DNA of 64,000 nt, from assembly GCA_023434025.1 (NCBI GenBank), contig JAEYTL010000045.1, positions 1,892-65,891 of the forward strand, read 5' to 3'. Positions within the stretch are counted from its first letter, which is position 1. The number at the start of each line of letters is the position of its first letter. The position numbers and the translations under genes are program-made. This DNA comes from Bacteroidota bacterium. GTDB taxonomy: Bacteria; Bacteroidota; Bacteroidia; Flavobacteriales; Flavobacteriaceae. Positions 49,013 to 56,988 of the stretch are shown in pieces. The notes beneath the pieces are model-generated. The model saw nothing but the letters and a program-made list of their open reading frames with translations. It did not search any database and was not told the origin of the DNA.

Positions 49013-50932
49013 ATGAAAAACTCAATTGCGGAACGAATAGCAGATTTTTTGAAGAATTTCCCCCCTTTTTTCAGTCTTACTTATGCTGAATTGGTTCATA
49101 TAGCCAGTGAAGTTCAGGTTGTTCATGTAGAAAAAAACCATATTCTATTTAAAATAGGCGATAAAACACACCCTTTCTTTTATGTTGTTAAAGAAGGTGC
49201 AATCGGACTTTCCGTAACCTCTGATGCCGAAGAGACCCTGATTGATAAATGTGATGAAGGTGATATTCTCGGCCTTCGCCCCTTTTTTGCCAAAGACAAT
49301 TACCTGATGACAGCCAAAGCACGGGAAGAAAGTCTTTTGTATGCCATACCGATCGATGTTTTTAAGCCTTATGTGAGCCAAAATGCCGAAGTATTGAGTT
49401 TTTTACTGGAAAGTTTTGCCTCCAACACCCGTAATCCTTACGACAAGGAAAATAAAGGCAAATTAGTGTCTGAAAACGTAATTTATACCGAGCAAAATGC
49501 CGAAATACAGTATTTTCAACCCATAGCCTACACAAAAAGTCCGGTAACAGCTTCCCGGAAAGATGTTGTAAAGTTCGTGGCCCAAACCATGACGCAAAGT
49601 AAAATTGGCAGCGTAATTATCCAGGATAACAACTTACCGGTGGGTATTGTTACCGACAAAGACCTGCGTTCAAAAATAGCCACGGGTCTTTTTCCTATTG
49701 ATGTTACGGTCGATCAAATCATGTCGGCTCCCGTAATTACAGTAGCCGAAAATATTTCAATTGCCGAAACCCAGATGATGATGCTTAAACACAATGTCGG
49801 TCACCTTTGTGTAACGGCCGACGGAACCAATAAATCTAAAATCATGGGGATTATTTCGGAGCACGATGTGGTGGCTGCCCAGGCCAATAACCCCGGAGTG
49901 TTGCTCAAACAGACCAAAAGAGCTACCCGTTCCAAAGAATTAAAAACGGTTCGTGAAAAATTGAATGACCTGATTCAGAATTCATTAGATAAAAACATAC
50001 CGATTCAGCATATCGCTAATATTGTTGGCGAAATCAATATTGCCATCACTAAACGGGCGGTTGAACTGGCCATTGAAAAAATGGATGAGCAGCCCCCTGC
50101 CCGATTTGCCTGGATGAACATCGGCAGCCAGGGACGCAAAGAGCAGTTGCTGATGACCGATCAGGACAATGCCCTGGTTTTTGAGGATGTGGAAGAAGAA
50201 CGTTATGATGATGTGAAAAAATATTTTCTGGAACTGGCCGAAAAAGTAACCAAAACACTCAATAAGATTGGCTACGAATATTGTCCGGCCGAAATGATGG
50301 CCAGCAATCCGATGTGGTGTAAATCGGTAACAGACTGGAACAAGCAATATAATGCATGGATTAACAAGCCCGGTGAAAAAGGAATTTTAATGTGCTCCAT
50401 CTTCTTTGATTATGATTTTATTTATGGCGATGAAAAGCTGATCGATCTGATGACGGAAAACATTTTTCACCATGTAAATAACAACCAGTTATTTTTGGCT
50501 TATCTGGGCACAGATGCTTTAAAGAATCCTCCTCCATTAGGTTTCTTCCGCCAGTTTTTAGTAGAAGATGACGGTGAACACAAAGATACGTTTGACATTA
50601 AAAGCCGTGCGTTAATGCCTCTGATTGATGCTGCCCGTTTGTTGGTTTTAAGCCAGGGCATCAGAGGGATTAATAATACCTACCAGCGTTATAAAAAAAT
50701 GGCTGAATCAGAACCGCAGAATGCTGATTTATTTGAAAGTTGTGCAGAAGCCTTCTCAATCCTTTCTTTCTTTAGAACAGAAGAAGGATTGCTAAACAAT
50801 AACAATGGCAGGTATCTGAATTTGAATGAGTTGTCAAAATCAGATAAAGTAAAGCTTAAAAATGCATTCCAGCCGATCCGGGATGTACAGGACGCTATTA
50901 AAAATCGTTTTCAACTCACTTATTTTACCTAA
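49013..50932 (+). CDS. signal-transduction protein with cNMP-binding, tandem CBS and DUF294 nucleotidyltransferase domains
   Basis: 639 aa. N-terminal cNMP-like beta-roll (FKIGDKTHPFFYVVKEGAI), CBS pair (GSVIIQDNNLPVGIVTDKDL, GHLCVT ... IMGIISEHDV), and NTase motif NIGSQGRKEQLLMTDQDNALVF. Confidence 0.85.
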   Translation: MKNSIAERIADFLKNFPPFFSLTYAELVHIASEVQVVHVEKNHILFKIGDKTHPFFYVVKEGAIGLSVTSDAEETLIDKCDEGDILGLRPFFAKDNYLMTAKAREESLLYAIPIDVFKPYVSQNAEVLSFLLESFASNTRNPYDKENKGKLVSENVIYTEQNAEIQYFQPIAYTKSPVTASRKDVVKFVAQTMTQSKIGSVIIQDNNLPVGIVTDKDLRSKIATGLFPIDVTVDQIMSAPVITVAENISIAETQMMMLKHNVGHLCVTADGTNKSKIMGIISEHDVVAAQANNPGVLLKQTKRATRSKELKTVREKLNDLIQNSLDKNIPIQHIANIVGEINIAITKRAVELAIEKMDEQPPARFAWMNIGSQGRKEQLLMTDQDNALVFEDVEEERYDDVKKYFLELAEKVTKTLNKIGYEYCPAEMMASNPMWCKSVTDWNKQYNAWINKPGEKGILMCSIFFDYDFIYGDEKLIDLMTENIFHHVNNNQLFLAYLGTDALKNPPPLGFFRQFLVEDDGEHKDTFDIKSRALMPLIDAARLLVLSQGIRGINNTYQRYKKMAESEPQNADLFESCAEAFSILSFFRTEEGLLNNNNGRYLNLNELSKSDKVKLKNAFQPIRDVQDAIKNRFQLTYFT

Positions 50933-50938
50933 AAAATT

Positions 50939-51553
50939 ATGGTGTTTGATTGGTTTAAAAAAGTCAGTAAAGATTATCCTAAATTCTGGGAAAACTACCT
51001 CGCATACTTTGAGCAGGAACCGGATGAATCAAAGCCTAAGCGTTATGTGGTCTTTGATTGCGAAACAACCGGATTGGATTTCCGCAAGGATGTTATTCTG
51101 TCAATTGGAGCTGTCGCTGTGATAGACAGTGCCGTGATTGTAAATGATTCACTCGAACTTTTTTTACGACAAGATGTCTATAATGCGGAAACGGCATCCA
51201 TACACGGCATTTTAAAAGAAGGTAAAGAAGAAAAAATTGTTGAAGCCGAAGCAATTATCCGTTTTCTGGAATTTATCAAAGATGCAACCCTGATTGGTCA
51301 TCACGTAAATTTTGATATCGAAATGATTAACCAGGCTCTGAAGCGTTTAGAAGTTGGAAAGCTCAGGAACGACAGTATGGATACCGATGCCATGTATCAA
51401 AAATTCAGAAGGTTACAGGAAGATGAACATACCAGTCTGGATGAACTTTGCAAAATTTTAAAAATAGAAAAAAGCGACCGGCATACCGCATCGGGAGATG
51501 CTTTTATCACTGCTTTGATCTTTTTAAAATTAAAGAGACGGCTTTTGATTTAA
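50939..51553 (+). CDS. DEDDh 3'-5' exonuclease (DnaQ/epsilon-like)
   Basis: ExoI YVVFDCETTGLD, ExoII IGHHVNFDIEM, ExoIII HTASGDAFITA. Starts 6 nt after the upstream stop. Confidence 0.88.
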   Translation: MVFDWFKKVSKDYPKFWENYLAYFEQEPDESKPKRYVVFDCETTGLDFRKDVILSIGAVAVIDSAVIVNDSLELFLRQDVYNAETASIHGILKEGKEEKIVEAEAIIRFLEFIKDATLIGHHVNFDIEMINQALKRLEVGKLRNDSMDTDAMYQKFRRLQEDEHTSLDELCKILKIEKSDRHTASGDAFITALIFLKLKRRLLI

Positions 51554-51570
51554 ATATAATTTTTATACGT

Positions 51571-52335
51571 TTATTTCAAATAATTGGCTAACGGCAATCG
51601 TTGTTTTTGCAATTCGCCTGCAAACAACCGGCAGATTTCTGTAGCTCCCAATACAGATAAATGCGTATTGTCTGTAATTCCTTCGGGGAAATATGGGTGT
51701 TCTCCCGGTGCAAAATGCAGGTGCAGCTTTTTGGATTCCTCTACACCATAGTTAATTTCCATCTGTTCAGTAAGGTATTGCAGATCAATGAACAGAACGT
51801 TCATTTCCTGTGCTACTAAACGGGCTTGCAGCGTATAGTTTCCATGTGCATCCAGCAAAACACCTTCGGGGTTAAATTTTCTCCGGGCAATGGAAGAAAA
51901 CAAAACAGGAATGGCTCCCTTTGCTCTCGTTTCTTCAATATAGCGGATTAAATTATAACGATAGGCCGTCTGTGGGTTGGTATAACGGGCAGGATCCGTT
52001 TCTTTACCGTCGTTATGACCAAACTGAATGAAGACATAATTTCCGGGTTTCAGCAAATCCAATACCGGTTGCCAATGGTTCAGTTCTCTGAAACTTTTGG
52101 TGCTTCTGCCGTTCACGGCATGATTCCGGATGGTTACTTTATCATTAAAAAACTGCGGTAAAACCTGTCCCCATCCTCTTTCCGGATTTTCATCGGGATT
52201 CTTCTTGTCCGCCATCGTTGAGTCGCCAATCATGAAAATGGTTACCGGCGATTGAAAAGTTTCGCTGGTTTGGGCACTTTTGCATCCCAAAATAACGATG
52301 AACAGTGCTCCCACGATAATTTTATAAATTCTCAT
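51571..52335 (-). CDS. SGNH/GDSL hydrolase, rhamnogalacturonan acetylesterase (CE12-like) lipoprotein
   Basis: Block I IFMIGDSTMAD, block III QFGHNDG, block V DNTHLS. Lipobox ILGC. I chose the start at 52335 (MRIYKII); the tracked start at 52383 is possible. Confidence 0.82.
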   Translation of the reverse strand: MRIYKIIVGALFIVILGCKSAQTSETFQSPVTIFMIGDSTMADKKNPDENPERGWGQVLPQFFNDKVTIRNHAVNGRSTKSFRELNHWQPVLDLLKPGNYVFIQFGHNDGKETDPARYTNPQTAYRYNLIRYIEETRAKGAIPVLFSSIARRKFNPEGVLLDAHGNYTLQARLVAQEMNVLFIDLQYLTEQMEINYGVEESKKLHLHFAPGEHPYFPEGITDNTHLSVLGATEICRLFAGELQKQRLPLANYLK

Positions 52336-53422
52336 ACCACTTTTTCTTGCTTTCATTTTCAGATAAAACAGTTTGTATAGCATATTTTTCAGCTTGTTTT
52401 TTGGTTAATTGATGTGACCAGGCTACTCTTTTCGTTGCCTTCGCTCCTTCTCCACGGTTTTGATATTCGCCGTAGAAAGTTGTTTTTTCCGCCTCGGGTT
52501 TAGACCAATTGTGCCAGCCTTCCGGTAAAATGTGAGCACCCAGGACACAATTTATAAAAACCGTTTTTGCATGCAAACGCCAGGGACGGCCAAGATATAC
52601 TTTAGAAACCGAATCAGCAGCAGTTAAGATACAATGTTTAAAAACATAGCCAAAATTTGCGTCCTCAGGAGTTGATGCTGCTGTGATATACGAATCTTTT
52701 TTGCTGTGCAGCTGACAGTTTTCAAAATAAGCTGTGGCACTGCCGAAAATAAAATCGGTGGTACCTTCCATATAGCAGTTCTTGTAATATTGTTTTCCGG
52801 TTCCGGAAGCATACAACGTGTCCTGATTGCCGAGTAAGCTGCAATTAACGACAGCTACCCGGTTGGAGGTTACTCCCAAAGCAATTGCCTGGCCTACTTC
52901 GCCGGAAGAATTTTCAATGGTCAGGTTTTTTAAGACAACATCATCAGCCTCAATCAATAAAGTGTATGTATAAAAAGTACTGTTTCGCCCCAACCCTATT
53001 TTACTGAAATAATCATCAAATGTAATGATGGTCTTTTCTTTACTTTCACCGATCAGCGAAAGATTGGTATTCCATTCGTGGATTTTTACTTTTTCTTTGT
53101 AAACACCGTTTTTGATGAAAATACGGATCTGTTCATCCGGAAATGCTTTGGACTGGTTGATGGCATCCTGAATGGTAATATAATCACCTGAGCCGTCTGA
53201 GGCTACAATAATGCTATTTATACTTTTTTCAGGTCGGTAACCTTTACTTTCCGGAGAAAATAAAGCCTGTTTACCTGTCCGTTCAGCTTTGGTTGAGCCA
53301 AGCTGGATAATATTACTTTTGTAAATCACATTTTCCCAAGATTCCTTATTTGATGACTTGAAATGAAAAAAATGGACATAAAGTAAAAATACAACGAAGT
53401 TAATTAATGTGTTATATTTCAA
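52322..53422 (-). CDS. pectin methylesterase (CE8)
   Basis: GNQDTLY, GTTDFIFG and LGRPW are the canonical pectinesterase motifs. Confidence 0.9.
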   Translation of the reverse strand: MKYNTLINFVVFLLYVHFFHFKSSNKESWENVIYKSNIIQLGSTKAERTGKQALFSPESKGYRPEKSINSIIVASDGSGDYITIQDAINQSKAFPDEQIRIFIKNGVYKEKVKIHEWNTNLSLIGESKEKTIITFDDYFSKIGLGRNSTFYTYTLLIEADDVVLKNLTIENSSGEVGQAIALGVTSNRVAVVNCSLLGNQDTLYASGTGKQYYKNCYMEGTTDFIFGSATAYFENCQLHSKKDSYITAASTPEDANFGYVFKHCILTAADSVSKVYLGRPWRLHAKTVFINCVLGAHILPEGWHNWSKPEAEKTTFYGEYQNRGEGAKATKRVAWSHQLTKKQAEKYAIQTVLSENESKKKWYENL

Positions 53423-53426
53423 AATA

Positions 53427-54653
53427 TTACCGATTTAATTCTAAAGCAGCTAATATAAAAGGTCCGGTTGCTTTAGGATCGTTATCTTTTTTCTTTTCAT
53501 TCACATAATAAGCAAAAGAACCGTCTCTGTTTTCTTTTCCGCCCAATCCGGCTACAGCACAAACTTGTGTGAGTACCGTATAGCCTTCGGGGGTTACCTG
53601 CATTAATCGGGTTGTTAGTCCGTCAAATGCTTTATGGGCATGCTCCTTAAACTTCCCGGGCAGGTAACCTTTGTTTGTACCCTTGGCAAAGGCATAGGCA
53701 AACATGGCTGAGCCGGAGGCTTCAAGATAGTTGCCTTCTCGGTTTCCATGATCAGTTACCTGATACCATAATCCGGAAGAATGCTGGTAATTGATCAAAG
53801 CTTCTGACAACCGATTTAAATAACCAATCAGCTCATTTCTTTTAGGGTGGTTTTCCGGAAAATAATCGAGCACATCAACCAAAGCCATAGCATACCAGCC
53901 TAATGAGCGTGACCAGAAGTTTGGTGAAGTGCCGGTTTTTTGATCAGCCCATGCCATCTGCCTGCTTTCATCCCAGCCGTGATAAAGTAAACCGGTTTTT
54001 GTATCGAGCAGGTTTTTCTGAATTAATTCAAACTGCCTGGCAACATCGTCTAACTGATTGCCGTTTTCAAAGGTAACATTATAGCGAGCATAAAAGGGAG
54101 CCCCCATATACAGGCCGTCTAACCACATTTGGTTCGGGTAGATTTTTTTATGCCAAAAGCCTCCTTCTGAAGTTCTTGGCTGAGCCTGCAGTTGCGAACG
54201 AAGAGTTTGCAATACTTTTAAATAGCGTGAATCCTGGGTTTTTTCATATAAATAGAACAAATGATTGCCGGCAATAACCATATCAATATTGAAGTTCTCA
54301 AATTTATAGCTCGGAATATTTCCGGAGGAGTCAATCGTTGAATCGGCATATCCCTTAACATAATTAAAATAAGCTATATTATTTGTTTCTTCATACAGTT
54401 TTTCAAAAGAGGTCATTACCAGACCATGTACATAATCCCATTTAGGAGTTGTTTTATCATCAATCTGATAGGCTTCCGGGTGTTTTATCATGAGTGTCTG
54501 TGCCATTCGCTCAGACCATTTTAATTTGCCGGAAACTTCTTTTCGGATTTCTTTATCCTGTGCCGGTCTGCAACTTACAAACAAAACGATCAGCAGGGTG
54601 ATGAAAGCAATTCCCCAGAAAATAACGCGGATTGATTTTACTCGGTCTTCCAT
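53427..54653 (-). CDS. GH105 unsaturated rhamnogalacturonyl hydrolase (YteR-like) lipoprotein
   Basis: 408 aa. (alpha/alpha)6-type repeats with WDYVHGL, WLDGLYMG, FWSRSLGW. Pectin-locus context. Confidence 0.8.
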   Translation of the reverse strand: MEDRVKSIRVIFWGIAFITLLIVLFVSCRPAQDKEIRKEVSGKLKWSERMAQTLMIKHPEAYQIDDKTTPKWDYVHGLVMTSFEKLYEETNNIAYFNYVKGYADSTIDSSGNIPSYKFENFNIDMVIAGNHLFYLYEKTQDSRYLKVLQTLRSQLQAQPRTSEGGFWHKKIYPNQMWLDGLYMGAPFYARYNVTFENGNQLDDVARQFELIQKNLLDTKTGLLYHGWDESRQMAWADQKTGTSPNFWSRSLGWYAMALVDVLDYFPENHPKRNELIGYLNRLSEALINYQHSSGLWYQVTDHGNREGNYLEASGSAMFAYAFAKGTNKGYLPGKFKEHAHKAFDGLTTRLMQVTPEGYTVLTQVCAVAGLGGKENRDGSFAYYVNEKKKDNDPKATGPFILAALELNR

Positions 54654-54655
54654 AG

Positions 54656-55630
54656 TTACTCTAATTTGTTTGATTTATTTAGTCTGTCTAATAATCCGTC
54701 AAGGTAATCAAAAAATTGTTTTTCGGTTTTAATTCCTTTTATTTCTTTCTCCCAGGCACCTAAAAAATAAAAATCCGTTTTTTGGGTTGCCGGTTTAAAC
54801 TGAATTAAATAATCATGTGGTCCCTGGTAAATTTTTTCGGCCGTATCAACCTGATAAAAGATGGCCATGCCTAAATTATCGTCAAACAAGGTTTGTTTAC
54901 CATAGGTCGCTATATAGGCCCATTTTTTATTTTTACTCTCTTTTTGCAGCATCGGAAGTTGGTACAAATTAACTATTCCGGTACAAATTCCGTCCAGGGC
55001 ATTTGAAAACTGAATCGTGTGTCTGGTGTACCTTTCGTTGGGATAAATGGTTAATTCCGATTTTAAATCTGTTTGCTGTCCGTTTGTCTTCCATCCAAAA
55101 TAATCAACACGGACAACCGACTTTCCGGTTTCGTTCTGTACCCATGCAAAAGTAGAATCTACCTCTTTAAAATGTTGCATTTCACCGTTAACCATCCTGC
55201 CGATTGAACCAATTCCAAGTCCTTTGCCCACTTTTAAAATATCAGCTCCCCAGTCGCTCATCTGATGGTATGAATCAAATCCGTCTTGTCCGACATCCGC
55301 CAGAATCATTTCTTCGGTTAATTTCCCGTAAATATCAATCGCATTCCGCCAATCCAGGTAAAGCCGATAGCCTATTTTATTGCTTTCCCAGCCCGGCCCC
55401 TCATAGCGAATGTAGAAAGAATGATCTGTATGTGATTCGGGAACCCGTAAGTAGTTTACATTGTTAAACGTTCCTCCTTCGTATTTCCGGCCGTGCCACT
55501 TCCCTCCTTCTTTTACGGATATTTCAGCATAGGTTTTAGGAGTGGTCAGCGACTCTTGCTGAGCATTGCTTTTGCAGGCCAGCAAGCTAAAAAGAGTAGA
55601 AAAAGCAAGAATTGGTTTATTGACTTTCAT
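54656..55630 (-). CDS. DUF4861-like lipoprotein associated with pectin loci
   Basis: 324 aa with lipobox LLACK. The family guess comes from size and the conserved position next to GH105 in Bacteroidota pectin loci. Confidence 0.6.
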   Translation of the reverse strand: MKVNKPILAFSTLFSLLACKSNAQQESLTTPKTYAEISVKEGGKWHGRKYEGGTFNNVNYLRVPESHTDHSFYIRYEGPGWESNKIGYRLYLDWRNAIDIYGKLTEEMILADVGQDGFDSYHQMSDWGADILKVGKGLGIGSIGRMVNGEMQHFKEVDSTFAWVQNETGKSVVRVDYFGWKTNGQQTDLKSELTIYPNERYTRHTIQFSNALDGICTGIVNLYQLPMLQKESKNKKWAYIATYGKQTLFDDNLGMAIFYQVDTAEKIYQGPHDYLIQFKPATQKTDFYFLGAWEKEIKGIKTEKQFFDYLDGLLDRLNKSNKLE

Positions 55631-55634
55631 TGTA

Positions 55635-56540
55635 TTATGATTTTAGTATTCTATCTAAAAAAGGAATTATATAACCGATAGTTGTATCAAACCATGGGTG
55701 AAATAACCAAAAGGTATGCGGACTATCTTCGATGGTTTTAACAGCCGTCTCAATCTGAAACTGCTTCATTTTTTCGGTCATTTCATCTCTGCCGGCATGA
55801 AACCGGTTAAACTGACTGTTGATAAAGAGAAATGGAGGCATGTTTTTGTGAACATGTGTTAAAGCAGAAGCGTCTTCCCATATGGCCGGCTTTTCTTCAT
55901 AATTTCCGCCTAACCAATGTGAAGCAAGATATCCTTCTTCAGATTCAGGATGATGAAAGGCCAGGATTCCATCCAGGTTAATGACCAGTTTTATACCATT
56001 TGAAAATTTTGTTCCGATCAACGAGACTATCTGGCCTCCTGAAGAGCAACCTAATAAAGCAATATTGGTAGTGTCTGTTTTGTATAGGTTTGCTTTTTCC
56101 GTAATGAATTTCTTTGCAGCCAGAATATCATCTATGGCGGCAGGATAACGTACTTCGTCTGACAACCGGTATTCAACAGCAAAGCAGTTATAACCATACG
56201 AGGCAATTTTTCTGGATATAGACTGCATCATCGATTTGTCTCCTGATTTCCAACCACCTCCGTGTACTAAAATCAGAGCCGGAAATTTGCCTTGTGCTTT
56301 AGGAATATATGAATCTAATGATAGTTTTCTCCCGTTTATGTTCTGATAAACAATATCCTTTTGTTCTTCAACAATGTTTGGGGTTGCTTTTTGAATTGCA
56401 ATTGTGATCTGCGGGTATTTTTGCCGTTGCTTATCATATTCCTTTTCTGTTGAATATGTATATTCCTTATTGATCTGTGAAAACAGACTTTGACTCAGTA
56501 TTAATACATAAAGGAGAGGATGGTTAAACCAAGATTTCAT
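55635..56540 (-). CDS. alpha/beta hydrolase, carbohydrate esterase/lipase-like (HGGG type)
   Basis: LILVHGGGW oxyanion motif, GCSSGG nucleophile elbow, late His (DSPHTF). Confidence 0.8.
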   Translation of the reverse strand: MKSWFNHPLLYVLILSQSLFSQINKEYTYSTEKEYDKQRQKYPQITIAIQKATPNIVEEQKDIVYQNINGRKLSLDSYIPKAQGKFPALILVHGGGWKSGDKSMMQSISRKIASYGYNCFAVEYRLSDEVRYPAAIDDILAAKKFITEKANLYKTDTTNIALLGCSSGGQIVSLIGTKFSNGIKLVINLDGILAFHHPESEEGYLASHWLGGNYEEKPAIWEDASALTHVHKNMPPFLFINSQFNRFHAGRDEMTEKMKQFQIETAVKTIEDSPHTFWLFHPWFDTTIGYIIPFLDRILKS

Positions 56541-56587
56541 ATAAGCTAAATTTGATTATTTTCTATTGCTTATGTGTTAATAAAAAT

Positions 56588-56601
56588 TGCAATCGATTAC
56601 A
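56588..56601. promoter_or_regulatory. LacI-type operator-like palindrome TGCAATCGATTACA
   Basis: 12/14 self-complementary around the central CG. Lies 48-61 nt upstream of the minus-strand start at 56540. Confidence 0.4.
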
Positions 56602-56934
56602 CAAACATAAGTATAAATAATGAAAAATTAAAATTATACCGCTAAATATTATAAATAATACATTTATAATGGTTTTACATTTAATTATAATCAAATAGCG
56701 GGATGATATTATGCCTAATTTAATGAGAATTTTTGAAGGAACGGATAAAAACTAACAAAAATTAATCTGTTGTAATGAGATTTTTCTTGCCGATAATTGA
56801 CATTTTAAATAATTCGCACTATATCGATGTAGTTGAAATATCCAATAAAATAAGGACTTAAAAAAATACATGTCATAAAAAATAAACAAAATTATTATAT
56901 TATTGATAATTTATTTGGAACGTAATTTATAAAT

Positions 56935-56970
56935 ATATAGTTTTGTGTAATCCATTACATAAAACTATAT
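56935..56970. promoter_or_regulatory. 36-bp near-perfect palindrome containing TGTAAT-CC-ATTACA, overlapping a TAGTTTTG -7 box
   Basis: ATATAGTTTT-G-TGTAAT-CC-ATTACA-T-AAAACTATAT. Both arm pairs are perfect. TAGTTTTG (56938-56945) matches TAnnTTTG. The ATG is at 56989. Confidence 0.5.
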
Positions 56971-56988
56971 TTAAATAAATCTACCCTT

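Noticed and set aside
49985-50347. 120-aa and 69-aa minus-strand ORFs inside the DUF294 gene
   Set aside because: They are antisense artefacts.
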